Assembly (NCBI GenBank): GCA_021799475.1
Contig: JAJZAJ010000002.1
Location: 82,855-146,854, forward strand
Length of the DNA: 64,000 nt
Source: Candidatus Micrarchaeota archaeon
GTDB taxonomy: Archaea > Micrarchaeota > Micrarchaeia > Micrarchaeales > Micrarchaeaceae
Direction: 5' to 3'
Shown: piece after piece, positions 1 through 9,357 of the stretch
How positions within the stretch are numbered: the first letter of the stretch is position 1
Layout of the letters: each line of letters starts with the position of its first letter
The notes under the pieces: generated by a model
Seen by the model: only the letters and a program-made list of their open reading frames with translations
The model's database searches: none
What the model was told of the DNA's origin: nothing
Translations under genes and position numbers: made by a program

Positions 1-5
1 CTATA

Positions 6-428
6 GTGGGGGCTGCGGTGGTCGCTGCGATAATTGGCATTGCCATATTCTCTTTTAGCGGCAACCATGGAAATTCCGGCGCATTGATTAACGGTTCAAA
101 CCAGACCACATCAAATTCCTCTCAAGTCTTATTCGCCAGTACGCAATATGCCCTTTATTCTTATCAGGTATATCCCGGTCCGGTTTCCCAGCAGGCGCAA
201 ACAGCTCTAGCCGGGTTCAATCTTACTGTAGCACAGCTGCAGAACAGTTCAACCAAAATAGACATTTCGCTTGTCGGAACCAGGCAATCCCAGACTATTT
301 TATTGAAGCCGAACTACAAGCTCTATATCATTGAAGCGACCCTTGGAGATGACGGATACCATTTTGATTCATCATTGGGAGACGATGGATTTGTAGCCGT
401 GACTCCCGAAGGCTATATAGCCCAATGA
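6..428 (+). CDS. hypothetical membrane-anchored protein (may be 5'-truncated by the window edge)
   Basis: 140-aa ORF. N-terminal hydrophobic helix AAVVAAIIGIAIFSF, then a Ser/Thr/Gln-rich soluble part. Only 4 nt separate it from the next same-strand gene. No family recognised. Confidence 0.4.
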   Translation: MGAAVVAAIIGIAIFSFSGNHGNSGALINGSNQTTSNSSQVLFASTQYALYSYQVYPGPVSQQAQTALAGFNLTVAQLQNSSTKIDISLVGTRQSQTILLKPNYKLYIIEATLGDDGYHFDSSLGDDGFVAVTPEGYIAQ

Positions 429-432
429 TTAG

Positions 433-1206
433 ATGAAGATACTCGACCAGCCAGTCAGTTCCATGTACCTATGGACGATAGCGCTAATTTCTATCCTTGT
501 AGTAATTTCAAGCTTCACATTGCGCATCTTCCCAGTTGCCCTAGTCGCTGCTGTCCTTTTGTCCGGCATTTTTGAGATTTTAATAAGAAAATTTTACCTC
601 AAGCACCCTTTCAAGACCCCCTGGTCTGGAATCATTACGGGGCTGGTAGTAGGCGCTGTGGCCCCGATAAACGCGTCTTTGGCCTTTGTCCTGATTGCAG
701 CAATAATAGCAGTGCTTTCAAAGTTCTTTATACAGTACAGAAGTTCAAACATATTCAATCCGGCAACCATCGGGCTCATCGTCGCGCTCCCGCTCTTTGG
801 GCTCGGCGACGAATGGTGGGTCGCAAGCAACTACAATATGTTTGGTATAGCGATAACGCTGACCCCTATCCTGATAATCCTCGCCTATAAGGCAAAGAGG
901 CTCCCAACAGCGCTTTCTTTTGTGGGAATAAGCCTGATATTAGCCCTGGCTCTGGGAGGATTGCAAGCCATTTCATCGGTAAGCGTACTTGCAATCATCT
1001 TCAGCGTCAATTACTTCTTCGCTTTTGTCATGCTTATAGAGCCGAAGACGTCACCAAACGACAAATATGTACAGATGGTGTACGGCGGCGCTATAGCGCT
1101 GCTTTACTTGGTATTCACATATCTGCACGAAGCATACCCTTTGCTAATAGTCCTTCTGGTAGGAAACATTTCCTATTTGGTTTATAGGAAATACGGGAAG
1201 CGCTGA
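433..1206 (+). CDS. polytopic membrane protein, RnfD/NqrB-like
   Basis: 257 aa with about 7-8 hydrophobic segments. SNIFNPATIGLIV resembles the RnfD/NqrB FNPA(M/L)(I/V)G motif, and MLIEPKTSP resembles the ATDPVT(S/A)P motif. It is shorter than canonical RnfD and no other rnf/nqr genes are nearby. Confidence 0.45.
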   Translation: MKILDQPVSSMYLWTIALISILVVISSFTLRIFPVALVAAVLLSGIFEILIRKFYLKHPFKTPWSGIITGLVVGAVAPINASLAFVLIAAIIAVLSKFFIQYRSSNIFNPATIGLIVALPLFGLGDEWWVASNYNMFGIAITLTPILIILAYKAKRLPTALSFVGISLILALALGGLQAISSVSVLAIIFSVNYFFAFVMLIEPKTSPNDKYVQMVYGGAIALLYLVFTYLHEAYPLLIVLLVGNISYLVYRKYGKR

Positions 1207-1209
1207 TGA

Positions 1210-1299
1210 TGCCGCAGCCCGGATTTGAACCGGGAACCTACGGTTTTCTGAAATGCATTATTGCTTCAGACCGTCGCTCTCCCGTTGAGCTACTGCGGC
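1210..1299 (-). tRNA. tRNA-Phe (anticodon GAA) with an approx. 18-nt intron at the canonical 37/38 position
   Basis: The reverse complement folds as acceptor GCCGCAG/CTGCGGC, D-arm GCTC-AACGGGA-GAGC, anticodon stem ACGGT/ACCGT, loop CTGAAG[intron]A and T-arm CCCGG-TTCAAAT-CCGGG. The intron CAATAATGCATTTCAGAA contains TTCAG, which can pair with the anticodon loop in a bulge-helix-bulge (BHB)-like structure. Confidence 0.85.
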
Positions 1300-1341
1300 A
1301 AATATGATGTTAAGGATTTGCAGAACAATCTATATATAGTT

Positions 1342-2793
1342 TCATATGTGGAGGCTTGACTGCTTTTTTGACTTCTGGCTCTGCAGGGCCACATGCGCGC
1401 CCATCTTCCATCTGAAGGCTTCGCTATCCCTTTTTTCTTTGGCAAGCTTCCTTGCATAATCGGTAATATATTCCTCGTTGATGCAGCCCGTGCAGATGGG
1501 CAGGCCAATCGCCTTCTTGAGACCGGCAGTTGAGATATATCCTAAGGAATCGGCATCAAGGAACCTGCGTATTTCTTCGAAATTTTTGTTGTTCGCTATA
1601 AGCTCCTTGTATGTTGCCATGTCAACTCCATAGAAACATGGGGCTTGCAAAGGAGGGCACGTTATTCTGGCATGAACCTCCTTAGCGCCTGCCATCCTGA
1701 TGAGTTTTATTATCTCTTTTAGGGTCGTGCCTCGCACTATTGAATCATCGACAAGCACGACGCTTTTGCCAGAAACCACGTGCTTTACGGCATTTATTTT
1801 CAGTCTGACGGTTTCGGTCCTTTTCTCCTGCGTTGGCATTATGAATGTCCTTCCTATATACTTGTTTTTTACCAGCCCTTCCTTTATAGGTATTCCACTC
1901 TCTTCAGAGAAAGCCTCAGCAGCCGGTCTCGCGGTATCCGGCACCGCGATAACCACATCAGCCTTTACCGGGTGCTCTTTTGCGAGTATGGTCCCCAGCT
2001 TTCTTCTAGCATCAAGGACACTGACCTTCTCAAGGATTGAATCTGGTCTTGAGAAATAGACATACTCAAACATACAGTGCCTCGGTTCTCCTGTTTTGAT
2101 AGTGCTCTTTATTAATTTCCCGTTTTCCACTATAGCCATTTCCCCGGGGGCTATATCACCGATATACTCTATATTGTTTATATCGAGTGCTGTGCTCTCA
2201 GACGCAAAACAGATATATTCATCGTTTTCTCCGTAAACAAGCGGCCTTATTGCATGCGGATCCCTAAATGCTACAAGTTTACCATCAATTATCACAACAT
2301 TCGAATATGCGCCGTCAAGTTTTTCCATAAGCAGTGAAACTGCGGTTTCAATCCCCTTATGCTTGTTTTCCTTTAACAGTTCTGATATTATCTCAGAATC
2401 TGAAGTGCTCTTAAACGCATGTGTCTGCTCTAACTCGCTCTTGATTACTTTGTAGTTTGCAATATGGCCATTATGCGCAAGGGCAATGCTGTCATTCACA
2501 AACGGCTGTATTTCCGCTTCGGTTATGGTGCCAGAAGTCGGATATCTTGTATGTCCTATTCCAAGAAATCCCTCTATAAAGAGGTCTTCCTGCCTGAATG
2601 CATTGCTTATCAGCCCAAGTCCTTTTCTTGTCTGTATCTTCCCGTTGAATACGGAGAAACCCGCAGCATCCTGACCCCTGTGCTGCAAAGCCATCATAGC
2701 TCTGTATATCAAAGGAGTTACATTCGTGCCCTTTTTAGAGTATATGCCAACTATACCGCATTCTTCATGTTTCTCCTCCAGAAAAGCACCCAA
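1342..2793 (-). CDS. purF: amidophosphoribosyltransferase (glutamine-PRPP amidotransferase)
   Basis: 483 aa. An 11-residue propeptide precedes CGIVGIY (Ntn class II amidotransferase Cys1). PRTase motif VVLVDDSIVRGTT. C-terminal Cys ligands CPPLQAPCFYGVD. Confidence 0.95.
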   Translation of the reverse strand: MGAFLEEKHEECGIVGIYSKKGTNVTPLIYRAMMALQHRGQDAAGFSVFNGKIQTRKGLGLISNAFRQEDLFIEGFLGIGHTRYPTSGTITEAEIQPFVNDSIALAHNGHIANYKVIKSELEQTHAFKSTSDSEIISELLKENKHKGIETAVSLLMEKLDGAYSNVVIIDGKLVAFRDPHAIRPLVYGENDEYICFASESTALDINNIEYIGDIAPGEMAIVENGKLIKSTIKTGEPRHCMFEYVYFSRPDSILEKVSVLDARRKLGTILAKEHPVKADVVIAVPDTARPAAEAFSEESGIPIKEGLVKNKYIGRTFIMPTQEKRTETVRLKINAVKHVVSGKSVVLVDDSIVRGTTLKEIIKLIRMAGAKEVHARITCPPLQAPCFYGVDMATYKELIANNKNFEEIRRFLDADSLGYISTAGLKKAIGLPICTGCINEEYITDYARKLAKEKRDSEAFRWKMGAHVALQSQKSKKQSSLHI

Positions 2794-2891
2794 TCCGAAA
2801 CCCGCTAGCTTATTTAGAGGACCATAAATAAAAACCTTCTGTGGTTCTTTAAGAGAAAGCTATAAATGAGGCAGGACAGAAGATACGAAAC

Positions 2892-4451
2892 ATGGAACAC
2901 TCCTGGACGGAGCTGGCGCCATACGACTCCCTGATAAAAAGCAATGAAATAGAGCCGAGGGCGTACCAGATAAACATAATAAAAAGTGTTCTTTCGGGAA
3001 AGAACACTCTGGTCGTGCTGCCAACAGGCCTTGGAAAGACACTGATAGCGATATTTGCAATAGCCAAAGCGCTATACGATAAAAAAAAGGCGCTCATACT
3101 GGCGCCAACTAGGCCGCTTAGCGAACAGCACTATAAATCCATGTGCAGCATCCTCAATATCGACAACAGTAGGATAGCGCTCCTTACCGGAAGCACTCCT
3201 GCAAGGAACAGGGAAAGAGCCGTTGAGGGTTCTTCTGTCATAGCAGCTACGCCGCAAACCATAGCCAATGACATAGGTGCGGGAAGGATAAGGATGGAAG
3301 ATTTCGGTGTAGCGGTGTTTGATGAATGCCATAGAGCAGCAGGCAAATACGCTTACACAAGTATTGCGAATGAATGCTATGAAAAGGGGGTGCAGGTCAT
3401 CGGGCTGACGGCGTCACCCGGAAGCAGGAAAGAAAAGGTCGATGAGATAATAGACACACTGAAGGTGCAGAACATAGAGATCAGGATATCAAGCGATCCG
3501 GATGTCGAACCATATGTAATCGGCAAGAAAATATCGACTATATTCGTAGATAAAGGACAGGAGATAGACATGATCCGTTCAGCTCTGCGTCCCGTTATAG
3601 ATGAACATCTTGGGAAGCTATACAATTATGGGCTAAGCTATACAAACAACATGGACAAGCTGCCAAAAGGCAGGCTTCTCGAAATAGGGAAAAACATAGA
3701 CAAACTGCAGGCGCAGGGATACAAGTTCATGGCTATGTCCAGCTATGTATATGCGCTCAGGCTGATTCATGCATATGATTTGGCCAGCAGCGAGGGAATA
3801 CACCCGTTCATAGCATACTTCGAAGGGCTTATCAGCAAGGAAAAACAGAGCCGTGCCGGCAAAGGCATACTTTCCAATAAAAACGTGCAGGAAGCGCTAA
3901 GGATAGCAAAAGAGGCGGATGAAAAGAAGATAGAGCATCCAAAAATGGCCGCTATAGTCAATTTCCTCGAAAACAGTTTCAGCGGAAAAAGCGTGATAAT
4001 ATTCACGCAATACCGCGCAACAGCAAGGAAGCTTGCTACTGTACTCAACGAGAGCGGGATATCATCAAAAGTCTTCGTAGGTAAAAAAGAAGGGATAACG
4101 CAGCAGCATCAGCAGAAGATATTAGAGGAGTTCCGTGCAGGTGCCTTCAAGGTACTAACAGCAACATCGATAGCGGAGGAGGGGCTTGACATACCGAGCG
4201 TTGACCTAGTCATCTTCTACGAGCCGGTGCCGAGCGAGATAAGAGATATACAGAGGAAAGGAAGGGCTGGGCGCATGAAATTCGGCGAAATAGTGATAAT
4301 GGTCGCGAAAGGCACAAGGGATGAATCGTATCTGATGATATCAAGGGCGAAAGAGAGAAGAATGCGAGATTTGGTCTTGAGGATACAGGAGAAGCTTGTG
4401 AGCGGCAGGTATTCAACGAGCAAATCAGCATTGGGTCAGAAAGTGCTGTGA
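2892..4451 (+). CDS. hef: Hef/FANCM-family SF2 helicase, helicase module only (no ERCC4 nuclease domain)
   Basis: 519 aa. RAYQ...VLPTGLGKT (motif I), FDECH (motif II), TASPG (III), QRKGRAGR (VI). The ORF ends about 60 aa after motif VI. Confidence 0.8.
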   Translation: MEHSWTELAPYDSLIKSNEIEPRAYQINIIKSVLSGKNTLVVLPTGLGKTLIAIFAIAKALYDKKKALILAPTRPLSEQHYKSMCSILNIDNSRIALLTGSTPARNRERAVEGSSVIAATPQTIANDIGAGRIRMEDFGVAVFDECHRAAGKYAYTSIANECYEKGVQVIGLTASPGSRKEKVDEIIDTLKVQNIEIRISSDPDVEPYVIGKKISTIFVDKGQEIDMIRSALRPVIDEHLGKLYNYGLSYTNNMDKLPKGRLLEIGKNIDKLQAQGYKFMAMSSYVYALRLIHAYDLASSEGIHPFIAYFEGLISKEKQSRAGKGILSNKNVQEALRIAKEADEKKIEHPKMAAIVNFLENSFSGKSVIIFTQYRATARKLATVLNESGISSKVFVGKKEGITQQHQQKILEEFRAGAFKVLTATSIAEEGLDIPSVDLVIFYEPVPSEIRDIQRKGRAGRMKFGEIVIMVAKGTRDESYLMISRAKERRMRDLVLRIQEKLVSGRYSTSKSALGQKVL

Positions 4452-4518
4452 CATTCGCAACCCTGTCAACACAACCAAGTAATAAATTACTTCTTTTCTA
4501 TAATAAAGCGGCGATCAA

Positions 4519-4938
4519 GTGCAGCGGTATTCTAAAGGCGCGAGGGCTGAGAGGGAACTGCTCAATTATCTCGCAAGCATAGGTTTTTCCGTAATCAGGA
4601 GCGCCGGCTCCGGAGTCAATTCCATAAGCCCAGACATAGTTGCGATAAAACAAGGCAAGGGGTTTGCATTTGAGTCAAAGGCGTGGGATGGCACAGGAAT
4701 ATCTATAGACCATGAGAAGTTTTTGTCACTAAAGGCATGGAGGGATAATTCCGGAATGGATACTTATATGGCATGGCGGATGAAAGGGGATGGATGGTAC
4801 TTCATAGCATTGGATGAGATGGCAAAAACTGACAGGAACTACAGGGTAACAAAAAGGAACGCTGTTAAAATAGGGAGGAGGCTGGAACACCTGACTGGAA
4901 TACAGCTGCCTAACCTTGCGGCCATGCAACAGCCGTAA
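4519..4938 (+). CDS. hjc: Holliday junction resolvase Hjc
   Basis: 139 aa with a GTG start. KGARAERELLNYL...VIRSAGSG...PDIVA...FESKAW matches the archaeal Hjc catalytic E...D...E-x-K pattern. TATA-like TTCTATAATAAAG lies upstream. Confidence 0.85.
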   Translation: MQRYSKGARAERELLNYLASIGFSVIRSAGSGVNSISPDIVAIKQGKGFAFESKAWDGTGISIDHEKFLSLKAWRDNSGMDTYMAWRMKGDGWYFIALDEMAKTDRNYRVTKRNAVKIGRRLEHLTGIQLPNLAAMQQP

Positions 4939-4995
4939 AATGCGTAAATAACAAAATTACAACCATTTGCATCAAAATTGGTATCTTTCGCTGAG

Positions 4996-5005
4996 TTTAA
5001 ATATT
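4996..5005 (+). promoter_or_regulatory. TATA box (TTTAAATATT) for the gene at 5026
   Basis: Centred about 26 nt upstream of the ATG at 5026, implying a leaderless transcript. Part of a conserved module shared with the 9358 and 10674 promoters. Confidence 0.6.
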
Positions 5006-5025
5006 AGGAATGCTGTATCATCATT

Positions 5026-5934
5026 ATGGAAATAAGCGCAACGGTAGGTAGTGAACAAAAAAGCGACGAAACCAATGGCATGGCAAATGCAGATACGAAG
5101 AAGAGTCCGCAGTCATTTCTTCGAAGGTTCAGCACTAAGCTGCGTGGAGTGTTCCAGAGGAATGTCTCTGATTCGACAAAATACTTGGCGGACAGCAACA
5201 TTAAAAATGAGGAAGAGGCAGCTCTCAGCCTTATAATAAACTATTCGACAGACAGCAATCTAAAGGAACTCGGCATAGTAGTCATAGGAGGCTGGGCGGT
5301 ATGGGCATATACCAGATTAAGGAGATCATCCGACGTAGATATAGTGCTCAGCCCGGAAGCATGGGGTTATTTGGAATACAAGGCAAAAGAACAGGGCTTC
5401 CAGACAACCAGCGACACAAATTCGAATATGAGGAAGCACCAGATAAAGACCATTACTAACGGAGAACATATAGACATAGACAGCTATGTCGCCTATCAGG
5501 ATGAACTTGATGTGCCTCCACAGGAGCTTCTCAGTGAACTGACAACTACAATCAGTGTCTGTTTCAAGAAAAAACGCTACATGGTAAACGTCCCTACCCC
5601 GGAAGCTTTGATGCTCATGAAGCTAAAAGCATACAACGACACGAAGAGACCAAAGCATATGAAGGACATATTCGGGATTATATTCTACAACAAACAGCAG
5701 GATAAGCAGTTCGATCCGAAACAGGCAGGCAGGTTGATGTACAGGTATGGGCTGCGTGGCAATGTTGAAATTTTTGTAGATGCTGCAAACCAGATAGTTA
5801 ACGAGGTAAGCACAACAGAAGAGATAAGGGATTCGTTTAAAGCGGAGATAGACGAAATAGCGCAGCGGATGAAGGATGGGATAAAGGAAGAGGAGGAAGC
5901 CGCACAAAAAGCGACACAACTATCGAGACAATAG
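5026..5934 (+). CDS. minimal nucleotidyltransferase-fold protein (MNT/AbiEii-like), function unknown
   Basis: 302 aa. VVIGGWAVWAY...RSSDVDIV fits the hG[GS]...D-h-D NTase signature, with a further acidic IDIDSY. PTPEALMLMKLKAY is a helix typical of these NTases. The N- and C-terminal tails are charged and look disordered. Confidence 0.5.
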   Translation: MEISATVGSEQKSDETNGMANADTKKSPQSFLRRFSTKLRGVFQRNVSDSTKYLADSNIKNEEEAALSLIINYSTDSNLKELGIVVIGGWAVWAYTRLRRSSDVDIVLSPEAWGYLEYKAKEQGFQTTSDTNSNMRKHQIKTITNGEHIDIDSYVAYQDELDVPPQELLSELTTTISVCFKKKRYMVNVPTPEALMLMKLKAYNDTKRPKHMKDIFGIIFYNKQQDKQFDPKQAGRLMYRYGLRGNVEIFVDAANQIVNEVSTTEEIRDSFKAEIDEIAQRMKDGIKEEEEAAQKATQLSRQ

Positions 5935-5942
5935 ATGGAAGC

Positions 5943-6296
5943 ATGTTCAAGAGAAAGTTAAAATCAAGGGACAATAAAGATATTGCTGCATCAGTGATAC
6001 ACAAAGTAGCAGACAAGTTTATAGAAGATCCAAGCCTCGCACTCTATGATGGTCCAGTATGCACTGTGATAGGACAGCTGATGCAGGAACTGAATCTAAC
6101 GCCACATGCGCTTTCTGTTAAATCAGGCATAGAAGAGCCGATAATAATGCTTATTTTATCTGGCATGGTGAAAAATAAAATAGGCGAACATACCAAGGAA
6201 GTGCTTACCCGACTATCAGAGGCAATGGGCTTTACCTATGCAAATGTGATAAGCATGGGCGAGGAAGCATTCAAGATATCTGCAAATATATCATAG
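5943..6296 (+). CDS. small XRE-like helix-turn-helix protein
   Basis: 117 aa, starting 8 nt after the NTase stop. IGQLMQELNLTPHALSVKSGIEEPIIMLILSG resembles an XRE/Cro HTH. Confidence 0.45.
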   Translation: MFKRKLKSRDNKDIAASVIHKVADKFIEDPSLALYDGPVCTVIGQLMQELNLTPHALSVKSGIEEPIIMLILSGMVKNKIGEHTKEVLTRLSEAMGFTYANVISMGEEAFKISANIS

Positions 6297-6458
6297 CAAG
6301 AGGAACGACAGAATAATAGAAACCTGAAAAACACGGGGAGTAAGAGAAAGGATATAACAAAATTGCAGAATAGGATCTGATTTTTTTGTTTTCCGCTTGC
6401 TTTAAATATTTGGATACATACAGTAATTTTAAGAGTTGGTAAATAGGTTGGCGATCTA

Positions 6459-7895
6459 ATGGTGAGAAGATCTGAAGTTTTCCTCAATAAGCCGGAATAT
6501 GATGGCTGGGAAAGATTAGCAAGAAAGGCGATAGGTGCCAACAGCGGAACAGAAGATTCAAATACGGACAAAGTTCCAGACGGCGTTTATAAGATTACTG
6601 GACTGTGCATCGAGCCGATCTATTCCCCTGTTTTTAATAACTCACTCAACATAGTACGCAGAGAAGCAAAGGAAAAAGACCCTGAAATCGGTATAGTTGA
6701 CAGATCATTTATACACCTAAACTTGACGCTTGAAGGGAACAATGGTAAAACTTATACGGTAGAGCAGGAATGCCATAGCAGCCTTATGGATGTGGTTGAA
6801 AAGGAGCTCATCGGAAAACAGATTTACGTATCAAACGGAGAACTTCACGTATACGGGGCTTCCTGCAATATCAGCAAGGATAAGTCGATTGTTGATCCAA
6901 AGAACCCCCGTAATTTGCTTTTTAGCCCATTCACAGAAGATGACAGCAATCATCCATTTTTCAGCTGCCTCTACCCCCCGGTATCGGTGGTGCCTCCAGG
7001 CAAATACACGATCTCGAATATATATGATAGGATTGTGGTAAACGCACCAAATAAGCAGAAATGGCATGTCGTTGAACTTACACTAAAGCGTCATCCAAAT
7101 AATGAGAACAGTGAAATCACGGATGATGTACGGCTGTATCTGCATTTTGAGTCGACAGATGCAGCAGCCAAAGACAGGGTTTTAAGATTCCTTAACATGA
7201 GGTTAGAGTGTACTCCATTAGAATTGAAGAGACCACTTCCGATAATGCTGAGAATGAACGGAGACACGATAGACACGCTTCTTGAAATATTGGCGGGAGG
7301 AGAAACTCCGCTCATGCAGCCAGGCCACCTGTATGTAATCGACGATGTCAGCTTCTTAAAAGAAGAGATAGTGCTCTTATATCATGATATAGATGACCAT
7401 TCTGCAGTTATTAGCGATACGGCAAACTGTGCTCCGGTTAGCAAATCCAATAGTTTCCTCTCCTTCCTGTATCAGGATGCTGCGGAGCTTGAGAAAAAAA
7501 TAAATGAAATAAACAGCCGCACGCCAATATCGAAGAAAATGAAGATAGCGAGAATAGAAACATATCAGAACACAAATCAGAAGGAGCCCCTTCCAGCTTA
7601 TACTCTGGCAAGAACCTACGCATTGGCGCAGATGTTTTTCAAGAGAATGGAGCCGGACAACGACGGTGCCTATTCAGATACGAAAAATCGCAAGGTGTTT
7701 ACGGTCAAATGCAATGTATATGATGGCATTCTGAACTACCGCTCTTATTCTATATCTTACGATGAAGACAGCGTTTTCACCAGCTCGGATGTGTTTGAGC
7801 TAAAAACAATAGACCTCGATGATAAGGATAAGATAGCGCATTTGATAACCGAATCGAAGGAATACCTTAAGCCAAAGATCCGCAAATGGCAATGA
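6459..7895 (+). CDS. hypothetical protein (ORFan, 478 aa)
   Basis: Long uninterrupted ORF with TATA-like elements at 6401-6410 and 6424-6435. No motif recognised. Confidence 0.6.
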   Translation: MVRRSEVFLNKPEYDGWERLARKAIGANSGTEDSNTDKVPDGVYKITGLCIEPIYSPVFNNSLNIVRREAKEKDPEIGIVDRSFIHLNLTLEGNNGKTYTVEQECHSSLMDVVEKELIGKQIYVSNGELHVYGASCNISKDKSIVDPKNPRNLLFSPFTEDDSNHPFFSCLYPPVSVVPPGKYTISNIYDRIVVNAPNKQKWHVVELTLKRHPNNENSEITDDVRLYLHFESTDAAAKDRVLRFLNMRLECTPLELKRPLPIMLRMNGDTIDTLLEILAGGETPLMQPGHLYVIDDVSFLKEEIVLLYHDIDDHSAVISDTANCAPVSKSNSFLSFLYQDAAELEKKINEINSRTPISKKMKIARIETYQNTNQKEPLPAYTLARTYALAQMFFKRMEPDNDGAYSDTKNRKVFTVKCNVYDGILNYRSYSISYDEDSVFTSSDVFELKTIDLDDKDKIAHLITESKEYLKPKIRKWQ

Positions 7896-8015
7896 CTATA
7901 AAAAATTTAAATACATGACAAGCGCCTCTGTTTTTCTGGACTCATAGTTAAAACACGATGGCCGTCAGGGATAGGAAATCCATTAGAGAGAATATTAAAA
8001 GCGCCTCAAGATAAT

Positions 8016-8027
8016 TTTAAATATTTA
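8016..8027 (+). promoter_or_regulatory. TATA box (TTTTAAATATTT) for the gene at 8047
   Basis: Centred about 26 nt upstream of the GTG at 8047. Confidence 0.5.
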
Positions 8028-8046
8028 GATGTAAGAAAAGCTGGCA

Positions 8047-8424
8047 GTGTTAACTATGACAAGCGCAACAGGTCACATTCCAACCCATGCTTACGAACCG
8101 ATGGTTAGTAAAGTCGAGAACGTCCTCAGAAGAGATAATAGGATATCCGAACTGTACAGGAAAGGGAACAGGATAAGCATTCTGGTTAGAGGAACAACCA
8201 GCGATCCGGCGAGCGGGGTGGGGATACCTACAAAAGAGTATGTTGCAGACTTCTGGGCAGATAAAGAGGTTATCGGCGCGTCAGAGTTGCGGAAATGGGT
8301 TCTCGAGGCGTATGGAAAACAGAACTATAATACAGTAAAAGAACTGGCACAGCTTCTTGTGATGGATATAAGCAGGCATTACGGCATCGAGGTGTGTATA
8401 GTCATGGCATCTCCGGGAGAGTAA
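8047..8424 (+). CDS. hypothetical protein (125 aa)
   Basis: ORF with its own TATA box. No motif recognised. Confidence 0.45.
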   Translation: MLTMTSATGHIPTHAYEPMVSKVENVLRRDNRISELYRKGNRISILVRGTTSDPASGVGIPTKEYVADFWADKEVIGASELRKWVLEAYGKQNYNTVKELAQLLVMDISRHYGIEVCIVMASPGE

Positions 8425-8610
8425 TTCCTGCATTGTGAAAGTAGAAACACCATCTCGGCTTTTATCCTAAACGAATTACTCTGGTATCAGAAAAAGGGCA
8501 CGAATCTTTTCTAGCATTGAGGGCATCCCTGTGTTCCAGATCTGTGTGTATTGCACCATTAGCGAAAGGTATAATAATCTGTATACTGTATATATACTAC
8601 AGATGGTTTC

Positions 8611-8832
8611 ATGAAGACTTTGATGATAACAGATGAAGTGTATGGAAGGTTGGCCATGATAAAGGGCGAAAGGAGCTTCAGTGAGCTCCTGAGTGAGATA
8701 CTTTCGGAGGTTAAGAAAGAAAGAAATATTCGATTGATGAAGTTTTTCGGCATTCTAAGCGACAAAGAAGCTGATGAGATGAAGAAAAACGTCGCGGAAT
8801 TCAGGAAGAATTTCAAGGTTCGACCATTATGA
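8611..8832 (+). CDS. vapB: VapB-type antitoxin (archaeal small antitoxin family)
   Basis: 73 aa. MKTLMITDEVYGRLAMIKGERSFSELL is typical of archaeal antitoxins encoded upstream of PIN genes. Its stop overlaps the PIN gene start (ATGA). Confidence 0.7.
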   Translation: MKTLMITDEVYGRLAMIKGERSFSELLSEILSEVKKERNIRLMKFFGILSDKEADEMKKNVAEFRKNFKVRPL

Positions 8833-9212
8833 AGGCACTCATAGATGCTTCTGCCATAATAGACTTTATGCATGGCGACGAGAATCTGCGAAAGATCATT
8901 TCCGAGGTAGATGAGATATTCGTAAGCTCGCTTACGGCTTACGAGGTTTTAGTCGGCGAGAAGGAAGGAAAAAGAGCGACTGAGACCGATGCCTTCCTTG
9001 ATGAGTTCATCAGTGTTTCATTTGAAAAGCAACATATGAAGAAAGCATGTGAAATAAGCAGGATACTGTCAAAAAAGGGGAAGATGATTAATCTGATTGA
9101 CCTCATGGTAGCCGGGCAGGCGCTATCCATCGGAGCCGCAATAATCACGAATGATAGAGATTATGAACATGTGAGCGATATTTCTGAGCTAAAGACTATA
9201 TTTGTCAGATAA
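8829..9212 (+). CDS. vapC: PIN-domain ribonuclease toxin VapC
   Basis: 127 aa. N-terminal LIDASAII (Asp1), an internal acidic E (YEVLVGE) and C-terminal ITNDRDYEHV fit the conserved PIN acidic residues. 4-nt overlap with the antitoxin gene. Confidence 0.85.
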   Translation: MKALIDASAIIDFMHGDENLRKIISEVDEIFVSSLTAYEVLVGEKEGKRATETDAFLDEFISVSFEKQHMKKACEISRILSKKGKMINLIDLMVAGQALSIGAAIITNDRDYEHVSDISELKTIFVR

Positions 9213-9253
9213 TCCTGATTTTTCTCAATCTTTCCTAGAAATTAGACACCCCT

Positions 9254-9292
9254 AGGTTTCTGCAAATCGAGGGAAGGAGGCTGCAAAATCAC
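9254..9292 (+). repeat. 39-nt dispersed direct repeat, copy 1
   Basis: AGGTTTCTGCAAATCGAGGGAAGGAGGCTGCAAAATCAC. It differs at 4 of 39 positions from the copy at 10559-10597. Lies about 65-100 nt upstream of the 9358 start. Confidence 0.8.
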
Positions 9293-9327
9293 AATAACAG
9301 TTGCTGATTTTGTCAAAATCAAGCTGA

Positions 9328-9337
9328 TTTAAATATC
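9328..9337 (+). promoter_or_regulatory. TATA box (TTTAAATATC) for the gene at 9358
   Basis: Centred about 26 nt upstream of the ATG. The surrounding approx. 47 nt are near-identical to the 5026 promoter. Confidence 0.6.
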
Positions 9338-9357
9338 TGGAATGCTGTAAAATTATT

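Noticed and set aside
8560-8608. TGTATA-rich quasi-palindrome (CTGTATACTGTATATATACTACAG) upstream of vapB as a defined operator
   Set aside because: The symmetry is imperfect and overlaps the TATA box itself. A VapB operator is plausible but not distinguishable from promoter sequence by eye.
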